The notes beneath the pieces are model-generated. The model had not been told where the DNA came from. It did no database searches and saw only the letters and a program-made list of their open reading frames with translations. From contig JAHLWZ010000609.1 in the NCBI GenBank assembly GCA_020536535.1, positions 1 through 43,877 of the forward strand: DNA of 43,877 nt, read 5' to 3'. A program made the translations under genes and the position numbers. The DNA comes from Pelomyxa schiedti (Eukaryota > Protista > Evosea). The stretch's first letter is position 1, and every line of letters begins with the position of its first letter. Shown here one piece after another: positions 1-10,435 of the stretch.

Positions 1-1232
1 AAAGTGGCTGAGGCACTTTACTGTCCTGCTTCGTATCCTACAAAGTACTTCGGAATCATGTTGGGTGCCAAGACCTCGATTCCCGAAGAGACCCCAAGCA
101 AGAAGGGTGACTATTCTGTAAACGGCACACATGAGAAGAATAAACTTGATCAGCTCTTGGAGCTCTTTATCGCCAATTATTTACTATGCCCCACCTGTGA
201 GATCCCGGAGATAGACTTTATATTTGGAAAGAAGACAGTGTCTAAGCACTGCGTTGCGTGTGGTAATACAACGGATGTGAAAGTAACAGGTATTTACAGA
301 TAGTTTTTGCCTCTTGCATTGAAATAAACGTCAATCAGATAAGTTCGGAGTTTACCTTTTGAGGCATCCAACAACTGTGACTCGCCGTCTCGAACAAAAC
401 AAGGCCAAAACTGATTTGCGGTGAGCCCTCCTTTTAGTTCATTGGCTTTACTAATTACACTTTCCAGTACAACTTTAGACACCCCCCTTTACACTGAGCC
501 CTCCTCTTGTGAACCCTCCAGCTTGTCTGGGTGGTCTGACCTCAGCCAAGAGTCAATGCAATCCAGGTTTACAGTAACGGTAGGGGGTGCAAGCATGCTG
601 TTTCAGAGTCCCATTCCCTCATCCGCTGTGCCTACCACACCTGACTCCAAGTCTCGATCCCCTGCAGACGAAGTGAAGCGCCTTTTCCCCACAATGTTTG
701 GTGCCGATATGAGGACTACTCTCTCCACAAAGATACAACCGCTTCTTCCCCTGCTTATCAACAGTAGCCCCGCACAGAAGTCGGCACTGGAATGTACCAA
801 AAAGCTGGCTTTACTACACCCGTCTGTTCTACATGACCTTCCCTACATTCTTGATGCCATGTATGACTGTGAAGCCCTTTCCGAGGAGTCTGTTATGGAA
901 TGGCACAGTCAACTTCTACAACAAGGCGATNNNNNNNNNNNNNNNNNNNNNNNNNNNNNNNNNNNNNNNNNNNNNNNNNNNNNNNNNNNNNNNNNNNNNN
1001 NNNNNNNNNNNNNNNNNNNNNNNNNNNNNNTTTACTACACCCGTCTGTTCTACATGACCTTCCCTACATTCTTGATGCCATGTATGACTGTGAAGCCCTT
1101 TCCGAGGAGTCTGTTATGGAATGGCACAGTCAACTTCTACAACAAGGCGATCCTACTTCTGCTCTGGTTGCTAAATCCATAGAACCTTTTGTTCACTGGC
1201 TTCAAACTGCAGAGGTAGACAACGACACCTAA
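1..1232 (+). CDS. EIF5: Eukaryotic translation initiation factor 5 (eIF2B/5 N-terminal domain + W2 domain), 5'-partial
   Basis: Contains VAEALYCPASYPTKYFGIMLGAKT, YSVNGTH and the Zn ribbon CPTC...CVAC. The C-terminal W2 motifs are LDAMYDCEALSEESVMEWH and IEPFVHWLQTAE. Introns 290-338 and 421-467 join the frames. The gap duplication must be collapsed. Confidence 0.85.
810..1151. other. Scaffold gap (100 N) with exact 121-nt flank duplication (810-930 = 1031-1151); assembly artefact
   Basis: Identical sequence lies on both sides of the N run. The same 121-nt overlap occurs at all three gaps. Confidence 0.9.
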
Positions 1233-1389
1233 ACATCCCAGCCTCCGGCCACACACCGTCAAACGAATCAATGAAAACACAAGCCTTTGTTACGTTGTGC
1301 GTACTTTATTTTGAGAAGACTTTAAGTTGGTAACAGGCAACCAACTAAGTTCGTAGGTTCCCGTGTTGGGAGGCGTCAGAAAAACAACT

Positions 1390-2400
1390 CGGTGGGTGCC
1401 GTGTGGTTGGGCATCAACCGGGAGTGCAAGTCCCACAACGAGCGTTGTTTTTGGCGACCGACCATATGCCGGCAACACCAAAAGACGGGGAGGGCGAAGA
1501 ATACGAGGAGGAGGCAATTGGGGCCCTGGAAGCCAGGTTTTAGTGGCCACAAGACCCTCGTGTCTCTGCTGTCGATGGTCCACGAGCAATGCAAGCAAAT
1601 CCACCTCGCCACGACCACCACCACAGGGAATCAGTAAACATCAGCAACAACAACAACGGACCCGCCCAGACTCTGGGCCCGTGGCGCATTTTCACGAATA
1701 TACCTTCGGTGCTGCGCCACTCGAGCCACGCCTACGACTCGTGCTGCGCTGTGCCACGGCTGCGCCCGCGTGGCATCTTGCTACAGCAGATGCTGCCGCG
1801 GCGAAAGCTGCTGCCGCAGTGGCGACTGCGAAATCGGCACGTGCGATTGCAACTACTCCTGCTGCTCTGGCTCATGTGGCTGCGATTGCGATGGCGACGA
1901 CTGGGGGGGTGAGCAGGTGGGCGCAGAGTGGGCAAGGCTGAAGGAGGACATGGACCGCGAGAGTGGCTCTCTTCGGGGTGCTTTCGGCCGAAGCCCCTGT
2001 CCGAACGCCGGTGGGCCAAGTGCCCCGGTATATATCAGTGGAAACCGAAGTGGAAGTGTGATAGATAGGAGCGGGAGCGGGAGCGGGAACGAGAATGGCG
2101 AGGGGGATGGGGAACTTGCGTTGTGAAGCGGTGCCAGTGCCGCTTAGAGGAGGGTGATTGGGTGCAGCTGGAGAAATCATTGTGGGAGATGCTGCGGGTG
2201 TGCATTCCGTTCGACTTTGGGGAGGTCCTGGATGCGGAACGGAGATATCAGAGGCCAGTGGCTTCAGCGAATTTCGCGGCAGGAATGTTCTGGTGGTGTT
2301 TGGTCCTGCGGGCCGCGAGCTAGTCGAGGGGCTGGGTGGAACCAGGACTTGTGACTGCAATGTGGGAGGTGGAATTGTTGCGTGCGAAATGGGAGCGACG
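1390..2400 (+). pseudogene. Probable decayed, GC-rich coding remnant of unknown family
   Basis: Protein-like segments (GAVWLGINRECK; EWARLKEDMDRESGSLRG; LEKSLWEMLRVCIPFDFGEVLDAERRY) switch frame and are interrupted by stops. No convincing ATG or splice model was found. Confidence 0.25.
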
Positions 2401-2662
2401 ATAGGTGGCTGTGATGAAACCGTACTTATTACAAGCAGTGATGACGGGGTCGGTGACTCTCACGGAAAAGAGTCGAACGTCGTTAATTCTCTTGTAATTT
2501 CGGTGATATTTGGAATGTGCAAAAGATTGCGGTTTTTATTTGCATTGAGAAGCCCTGGGGAGACAACTCACTGGCAAATCTTGACAAGCACTGGTTCCCA
2601 ATTCGACAAGACTATCTTAATGTCTGCTCCTTTATTTTTGTTGGTTACATCAGCAATGCAAC

Positions 2663-5055
2663 TGTAGAAAAAAAAGACCTCAGAGAACAAAGGCCCACAG
2701 AGATAACAGAGAAAATGTCTCACATTGTCAGTGAGGCACCTCTAATTAACACTCTCCGAGAAAAAAAAGTTCCCTTGCTCTTCTCCTCATGAGACAGAAG
2801 CCTTCCTCCATAAGCAAGTCTTGCGCAAACAATATTTGGAAAGTAGCAATACCCTCGGACCTATTCTCATGCAAATGAAAGAGGTTTTACGGAGGGCAAG
2901 TATTGGCGGAGAAAACCAGTTTCACCAAGTCACCACGGAGGTGAGCCAGACAGCTTTCCAATATGGGCAAGAGGAGTTGAATTCCCTCGCACTTGGTGAT
3001 GACTTGACAGCCAAGTAACTTTCTACTCTAAGACAATGAGCTAGTTTGCTGTGCTGCACTAAGGACAAGGAAGCCAACGACTTTTTGAACCGCCTGAAAA
3101 CAGAGGCCGTTAATCAGACTAAGAACGTATCTGAGAAGGCATTAGAAGCTCGGGAGTTACTACCTGTCACAGAGGCGGTCTCTGCAAAATGTCATGTCAC
3201 TCGAGGCAGTATTCCCAGACGAACTGCAAGTACAATGCAAGGCAGTGGCCACCTCGGTGCAACGGCTTTTCATCTCAAAAATGGCAGAACTGAAATCAGC
3301 AACTGAAGTTAGTGGAAAGATGGAGTCCGTATGCATGCTAGCCCAGGACATACACAAATTCGCAAAGCAAGTGATTTCCTCCATCTTGGAGGAAGGTTTC
3401 GTCCACACCTCGTTTACTGAAGCAGGAGAGTACCTACTTCATAGAATGAGAACGCTTGAGGCCAACAGTTCCCAAGCAAGAAAACTGCAAGATCTTAATT
3501 CCGACCTTGTGACAGTCTGTGACGCACTTGAGATATTAACTGCAACCTGTGACCTGCAGTGGCCAGAAGAGTTCGATGTATCCAGCGTCAAGAAGATGAG
3601 ATATAAACTCCTCGGAGATCTTGAAGCAACATTGAAGGGAAAGCAACACATCATCCAACATAAAATTGGGATCTTTGGGTGGAAAGCCTTTGAAAAAGTG
3701 CACCAAGATTTTTGTGTAATTCGTGAAACAGGCAAGACTATTTCTGAGGTTCGTAGTCATCTTCAGGTAACACTGAAGTTTCTTGGCGATAATCTGGCCC
3801 TTACCTGCAGTACTTTGGCTAAAATCACATCTGATTTATCAAAGCATCATGTAAAGATATTGCCGAGCTAGCTAAGATCTTTCGAATCCTCACCGGCAAT
3901 GCCAGTTGGTTGGAAGAGATCCCTTTGTCACAGGGTCACCTTGGCAGTTGGCTTCAGAGGGATAGCATCTCTTGCCATATAGACAAACTGAAATTGCAGC
4001 TGCCTGTGCATTTGGACCTTTTTGACGAAAAAACCAGGGGAAGCATTGCCGCCATTATAGAAAGGCCTAGAGATTCTTAAGCACCTGGAGGATGGTGCGG
4101 ATGGGGAAACTTCATGTATAACAGAAGAAAAAAAAGCCGCTCTCTTATTGGATACCAAAGAGATTCTTAAACCACTAGTTACATATATTCAACGCCGATA
4201 TGCTGGCACGGGTGACCAGGAACATCTCCCAAAAGGCTTTGATTGTTTTGCGGCCTCGTCCTCGCTCAGCTTCCTCACCTGTTGATCTACAATTATTACC
4301 TTCAGACAATCATAGCAGCATCCTTCTTCACGACTTTCGCCAAGGCTTTCTGAAAGAGTCCCTAGAAAGACTTCAGGTGCACTATACCGCATCAACGGCA
4401 GAAGGCTTGGCCAGTTCTTTCCGCAATCTCCCTCCAAGTGAGATTTACAGTCAACTGAGCAAAGTGTTCTCAGAGGATGTTATGTTCCAGGGCACATGGG
4501 ATAAAATACAGAGCATGCTGCTAAAGAATATTCCCAGACTGGCCGATGGTCTCACTGGCGTTTTTCACCTCCTTCCCGAGCATCTCCAGCGTATGCTTGA
4601 TGATGCTGTCACTTTGTTCCTCTCCAATGAACGCATAAAGCGGCTCAATGATCCAACTTACGACGAGACCCAGCGCATCATGACCCAGATGGAAATGACT
4701 TCAAGGAGACACTTCAAGTCTGTGAGAAACTCTCCGATTCCTGCACACAAAACAACCTCCGGAATCCGTCCCGAGGACCGGCAATACGCGGCTTTCGTCA
4801 GGCGATACTGAAACTCAAGCAGGCTGCTTTGCGAACCTGAATGTTCCAGCCTGGCGAGAGCACATAGAGTCCCTGTACGACGCCAAGTTGAAGACTTGTC
4901 AATGCGGCGACTACCAAAGACGCAGAGTGGCAGAGCAATCACTGCAGGACGTTGTACTGGTGCTGAAAAGAATGTATGCTGAACTCTATGAGCGCGCCAT
5001 GGAGGCATCTCTTCTGTCTTCCGATATGAGTGAAGCAGGCCTCCTTGTGGGATGA
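2663..5055 (+). pseudogene. Decayed intronless helical-protein gene, paralogous to part of the GTPase-vWA gene on the opposite strand
   Basis: A chain of helical ORF fragments is broken by in-frame stops (e.g. AK*LSTLRQ*ASLLCC near 3016-3040) and frameshifts. The segment NLPPSEIYSQLSKVFSEDVMFQGTWDKIQ...LPEHLQ matches KNPPKDAYERF/QVFSTNLECKETWDKIE...LPEHSK from 6075-6290 (-). Confidence 0.6.
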
Positions 5056-5200
5056 ACTGTTTAAGTTACACTGTATTTACTACCACTAGTAAACACCACA
5101 CGAGCGTGCGTAATCGAAGGAAACTTATTGTAATTTTTCCTACCAGCATAATACAAACTTCTTTTACTTTGTTGTGGTAGTTCTTTTCTTTTTATAAAAC

Positions 5201-5414
5201 GGGGCACTCCACAGGGGAGTGCCCTCTGTCAAAAATCAGTGGGACTTGTGAACGCCTGCCTCCAAGAGTGCTTGAGAGGCATTTCAAAAAATAGGTGTGG
5301 AATAGCGGGATTAGAGCACAGCGTTAGCCTCTAGGACTCCCTTTAAAAGAGTTTCCACGAGATCGCCGTGACAGACTTTCTCCCACACCGAAGCGTCACT
5401 CCCTTAGGTAGATT
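5201..5414 (-). ncRNA. Candidate Sm-class snRNA, U1-like variant (~215 nt)
   Basis: An unpaired 5' end AAUCUACCUAA is followed by a long closing helix, GGGA-GUGACGCUU with AGGCGUUCAC-aag-UCCC. There is an inner 9-bp helix GGUGUGGGA/UUCCACACC and a hairpin GCCUCU...GGAGGC with a GCACUC loop. The Sm-site-like GAUUUUUG (5237-5230) is followed by a perfect 9-bp 3' hairpin (5224-5202). G-U pairs favour the minus strand. Confidence 0.5.
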
Positions 5415-5467
5415 GAGTTTTCCCAACCACCACCGGTTCGAATCTGAACGGGTTCCCCCCACTTCAA

Positions 5468-5475
5468 TTACGGGA
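5468..5475 (-). promoter_or_regulatory. DUSE-like upstream element TCCCGTAA about 61 nt upstream of the candidate snRNA
   Basis: One mismatch to the Dictyostelium small-RNA upstream element WCCCAYAA, at the expected spacing of about -60. Confidence 0.25.
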
Positions 5476-5547
5476 CAATCAATACTAGCTTTCACGTTTT
5501 CCGGTAACAAAAGAAAATTGTTTCATCGAAAAGGAACTTTCAAATTT

Positions 5548-8500
5548 TTAATGGGTTTGTTGAACCACATGCAAAATAGCCTCGGTGACTACATCAGTGA
5601 GCTTAGCAGCACCTGAGGCAGCATTTACATCCAACAGGTCACACTTGCCCCCGCTTGCAGTGGCAATTTCCGTGAAGTTGTGTGTAGCGGGCCCGTATTT
5701 GCTTGAAGCCCACAGTGCCTCGCCTCCGTAACTATGGCGATAGGTTGCTATCTGTGCCGGGGTCTTGGCCGGAGCGTCGGCGATAGGAATCACCTGTGAG
5801 TGCCATCTTTTTGGCTTCCTCGTTGGCGTGCCATAGGCCGAGCTCTATGGCTTCTTCCCAGTCTCCTCCGCCTTGAGCATTCATTTTGTCCATGAAGGCT
5901 CGTAGTTCGTGGTCCAGGGTGATGTTTGTAGCACTCCATCTACTCCGCAGTCATAGTCGCTGATACCACGAATTGTATCTGGAAGGATTTCCGCGGGCAT
6001 TTATTCTATGTAAGAATAGCAGTTGCACGTTCTTAGTTTTAATATGTGCGTATTCCCCTTCTAGGGCGTGCTTCGAGTGTTCTGGGAGATACTTCAATGC
6101 AAGATCAAAATCTCTGGTCAGTGCAGCTCACATCTGGCCGAGTATCTGTTTCTTTGATTTTCTGAAGTTCAGCTCGAAACCCCTCACTATCTCCTCAATC
6201 TTGTCCCAAGTTTCCTTACATTCAAGGTTTGTAGAAAACACCTGTGGAACCGTTCATACGCGTCCTTTGGTGGATTCTTGAAGATGTATTGGCGGGTGTC
6301 ATTATTTTTGTAGAATTCTTTCAGGGTTGTTAGGGAGTTGGCTGGGCTCGCGGCAAAGTTGTCCAAACTCGTTCGGGCAGTGGGAGAGCAAGTAGAGCAC
6401 TTGTTCGTTTCATGATTTCCATTTTTTGATTGGCTTCCATATAATGACAACTGTAAATGGAAGCATCCACACTTGTCATGGCATTTGTGACTCGCGAAGA
6501 TAGCTCCAAGCATGCAGCGGAAATGGCTTCATGGTAAGAATCCTGAGGAATCGAAGAACTCAAAACAGGGGAAGTCGTCGAAGCTTGAGAAGTTTCACTT
6601 CGAATAACTAAGTACTGTTGAAGGCAGTTCAATGCTTCTTTAATATTATCCAACCGTGACTTGATATCAGTAATTTGGCTTAACCATTCATTAGAAATTT
6701 CTTGGCCAAGTAATATAGCCTTCACCTTGGTTTCATTGCATACATCCATAACAGTGGTTTCGAGTGTTCTGGTGCTGAGGTTGAGTGTTGCTTTGTTTCC
6801 AGCATCACTTTCTTCAAGAGTACGCAACAAGAGAACCAACTGCATCCATTCATGTTTTGTCAATGCGTCCATAGCATCTTTTGCGGTTTGTCCAAGTGCT
6901 TTGCCAACTTCAGGCTGATACTTGTTTCTTATCTCCTTAAAATTGTCACCTGAGAAGGTGCACACAGCATCTAAACGACAAAGTGAGTTAGCATTGTCAA
7001 GTTGTGCTTGAAGGCTTCTGATATCGCTGGATCGCGGGTATTGCGCCATCTTCGACAATAACTCAAGGGCAAACCCTGAAATTGCATTGTTGGTTTCTGA
7101 TAGTATGTTTCTGTGTGATCCGAAGAACTCAAAAATGGAGGAGTGCTTTTCTTCCAAAATTTTAATTTCCTGAAGGTAACTGATAAGAGTAATTGCGTCT
7201 TCTGAGATTTTAGATAGAGGTGGATGACCCTGTAGATGATCTGAGATATTGGAGAGAGCCTGCTTTATCTTTGTTATCAAAAAATCAGTGTACTTAGTGA
7301 GAAAGATCTCCATCTTTTCTTTAAGCTGTGTGCAGTGTAATTCATCACGCAAGCCACAACGGAACTGGGATATAGCTTTGATGAAAGCCAATAATGCAGC
7401 AGCTTTTGAGGCATTTTGCTTCTCAAATTTATAAAGAATTCCCTGTTTTTCAAGGTAATCGCACTCTCTGGTTTTGTCTAGTATAAGATTTTCGAGTGCT
7501 GCAATACTTATCAACCCTATCTCACCAAGAAGCTGTCTTTGCTGCTGTGATAACTCTGGAGAAACAGCTAGCTGCCTATAGTGTGTGATCTCACGTTCTT
7601 CCGTGTCGATAACTCTGATGCACTCGTCTTGTTGTGCCTGGAAATTGACTCTAATCTGATTTTGTTCGGTTTGCGACTGATTGTGCCAATATGTGAGTTG
7701 CTTCAAAGCCGAAACCCCGTTTTGTTTTAGAAAGGCTAACTTTGGGTCAGCTTGGGAGTTCCACAGGCCTTGTTGTGCAATTTCGTGGTACTTAGTAAGC
7801 CGCATAAAATCTCTAACTCACTTTGAAGTACAGCAATTTGTGTTGTATCAATAAGTCGGTTCATCCTATAAGTATTAGCAGCAGAGTGGAGAGTATTTAT
7901 AGTACCAGCTATCACAGTGAAATCAGAGGCTCCATTATTGCTCAGACTGTCTTCAGCAGCTTGGAAAGCACTATGCACATGTGAAGTGAAGTGAGTCTTA
8001 AGTTGGGCCAAGCTCTCCTCAATGAATTGCACTTGAAGATGTTTTTTGAATATTTTGGCAGTAACCTCTATTTTTATCCACTCCTGTTTCGCCTCTTCAA
8101 AGTTATTCTCAGTGATTAACTTCCTTACTGCAGCTAGGCTCTCCTCTACAGATTTAGTGGCTTCTGCCACTAATTCGTCATACTGTGTCTTCACATCAGG
8201 AGACGCTGTACACAACAGAGCCAATTTAGAAAGCCGAATATTGTTGTTCGATTCTGACAATAGATCTTGTTGGGAACGAAACTCACTGACCAGTTTTAAA
8301 ACTTGTTCCGTGAAATACTTCCAAAGTTGGGGTGAGTAATTATCGGCACCCTGCACATGAAGGATTTCACCCAAACAGTCATCACTGCCAGTCAGAAGGT
8401 TTAGAGCTTGCATGAAGAGATCGAGATCTGCCTCCGTGGCTACGTATCCCTCTTTCATCAATACTCCAAGGTAATGTGAGCCAGCTTCAAGTTGGCGTGT

Positions 8501-9820
8501 AAGCTCCTTTCTTGTCAACTCTTTACACTCATCAAGCAAGTGCACAACTTCTTTATTATACAGAATGTGAGCAAGTTTGGCCAAATTGGATAACCTGAAA
8601 GCCAACAAAGGAAACTCGCGCCTTTTTAGAGCCTCTGGTATGAGGAGCTGGAGTCGTCGTAGTTGCTCAGTGAGAGCAGCATTTGATTGAGGTGAGATGA
8701 AGAACTGGAAAACATCATTTGGGTTCTCCAAAAGGGTCATGCGCCATTACCTTCTTGAAGACCAGACTTGGTTTGCCGTCTAGGGGATTAATGATGACAG
8801 TTTTGGGGGGAGTTTTTTCAGGGTGCTGCCTAAGAAGTTCATTAAGTACTGCCTCATACCCAGGGGTCTGAGAATCCTCTGGTCGCATGGACCGCTTTAG
8901 AAGCAGAAAGTTACCACGGATAGTAGGGATATCTTCCTTCACAAACTTCGTGAATCCAAATGAGAAGGAGTCTGTATATTCACTGAGCTGTGGCATTAAC
9001 CCCGATAGCATTCCAAGGATCTGTCTCATATTATCGAGCCTTGAACCCATTCCCTTTTCATCAATGAAAAACGGGCGAACTGATTTGCAAGTCTTAACAG
9101 CCTTCACAAATCCAACACCGTTGGCAACATCAACCTCAGGTCCACGATTGTCAAAAAAACCAGGGGTATCACACAAGAAAATAGGCTCGTCATCAGGAAT
9201 GTACCCTTCGGGTTGTATCCTCTCCGGATTAACCCTTACAGCAATTATGTACTTGGTTTCTGATTTAGCCTCAAAGCTTGGAACCACATCGCGGAGCTCC
9301 TCGGGCACTTCTGCAGCACAAACATGGCGCACTGGGCTATCCTCTACCGTAACCATTTGTTCAGTCATGTGAAGTCCAGAAAGATACTGAATAGTCGTGG
9401 ATTTTCCGCACCCAGTTCCTCCTAGCACAAGAATGATGTTCTTGTCCTTTATTATAGCAGCTGCTTGTTCAGTCTTCATCACAAGGAATAACAATTCCTC
9501 AACGTCAAAAGGCACCACCAGTCTGTACAATTGATTGAGAAACTTGAGCAGGTTCTTGTAATCGCTAGTTGTCGGTGGTAGATACGAATAACAAGCCTGC
9601 ATAGAACACCGAATTTCAGGGCCGTCGAGTTTCTCGAATACAAGTTGCTTGGTAAGATGGTCCCATAATTCGAGAACGGGTGCCTTGTTTTCAACGGTGC
9701 AGCCCAGCGCCGATACGCCCACTCTCCACATGATTCTACGTAGAGTTTTTGCGCACAGGAAGGGAACTGACCCAGCTTGTTGAGGTCCGTGGCCTCTTCA
9801 AGGCGCGTCGGTACCTGCAT
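5548..9820 (-). pseudogene. Large intronless P-loop GTPase - long helical region - C-terminal vWA gene, frameshifted and decayed
   Basis: G1 is LGGTGCGKSTT (~9394-9423) and G3 is LCDTPGFFD. vWA-type motifs DYDCGVDGVLQTSPW, GGGDWEEAIELGLWHAN and VIPIADAPAK lie at 5550-5960. Frame changes occur near 9730, 8740, 7805, 6370, 6250, 5920 and 5800, with an in-frame TGA near 6128. Confidence 0.75.
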
Positions 9821-9948
9821 TTATTGCTTATGGGTTGAGGTGTTACCTAGGCATTGTTTCGTTTGGTCCTGCCGAGCACAGCGGAATCTTTATGTTGGCA
9901 ACGTTAAGTTGGTACACAGGGCGCCAACTGCTTGCTGCGTTTGTTGTG

Positions 9949-10191
9949 TGATTCATCGCCCATTTTGCACCGCTTTCTGGTTTTTTCGGGGAACCCCGTG
10001 TTCCCCGTGTTCTCGGGGAACCAATTGGAGCGGGGCAGTTCTAGGGACCTCTTGGTAAAGCGGAAAGTGGAATCCCAATGATATTGGAGGAAGGAGAGGA
10101 GCAGCTGATTGGAGCAGTGAATTCCACTTGGCAGAGTCAGAGAATGATTGCCGAAAAAACCAGAAAACGGTGCAAAATGGGCGATGAATCA
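9949..10191. repeat. 41-bp inverted repeat (40/41 identical) flanking a 161-nt spacer with an internal 8-bp hairpin
   Basis: 9949-9989 is the reverse complement of 10151-10191 (CCGAAAAAACCAGAAA(A/G)CGGTGCAAAATGGGCGATGAATCA). The hairpin GTTCCCCG-tgttct-CGGGGAAC is at 10000-10021. Confidence 0.9.
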
Positions 10192-10435
10192 GCAACGGCC
10201 AAACCAACGGCGGCNNNNNNNNNNNNNNNNNNNNNNNNNNNNNNNNNNNNNNNNNNNNNNNNNNNNNNNNNNNNNNNNNNNNNNNNNNNNNNNNNNNNNN
10301 NNNNNNNNNNNNNNGAGAGGAGCAGCTGATTGGAGCAGTGAATTCCACTTGGCAGAGTCAGAGAATGATTGCCGAAAAAACCAGAAAACGGTGCAAAATG
10401 GGCGATGAATCAGCAACGGCCAAACCAACGGCGGC
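10094..10435. other. Scaffold gap (100 N) with exact 121-nt flank duplication; assembly artefact
   Basis: 10094-10214 is repeated at 10315-10435. Confidence 0.9.

Noticed and set aside
3010-3045. Stop-codon reassignment suggested by in-frame TAA/TGA
   Set aside because: Conserved genes in the window end in TAA or TGA and contain no internal stops; the stops co-occur with frameshifts.
5330-5385. RNase P/MRP (GAAAGUCUG) or U5 (CUUUUA loop) identity for the structured element
   Set aside because: There is no matching CR-V/P4 3' strand, and the invariant U5 loop GCCUUUUAC is absent.
5425-5460. GGTTCGAATC T-loop/B-box suggesting a tRNA
   Set aside because: The T-stem is poorly paired and no acceptor, D or anticodon arms can be built. 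At most it is a promoter element.
8726-8750. 25-nt GT-AG mini-intron or programmed frameshifting repairing the GTPase gene
   Set aside because: It is shorter than all other introns here. The other breaks lack such sites or a shared slippery motif, and in-frame stops are present, so decay is the simpler explanation.
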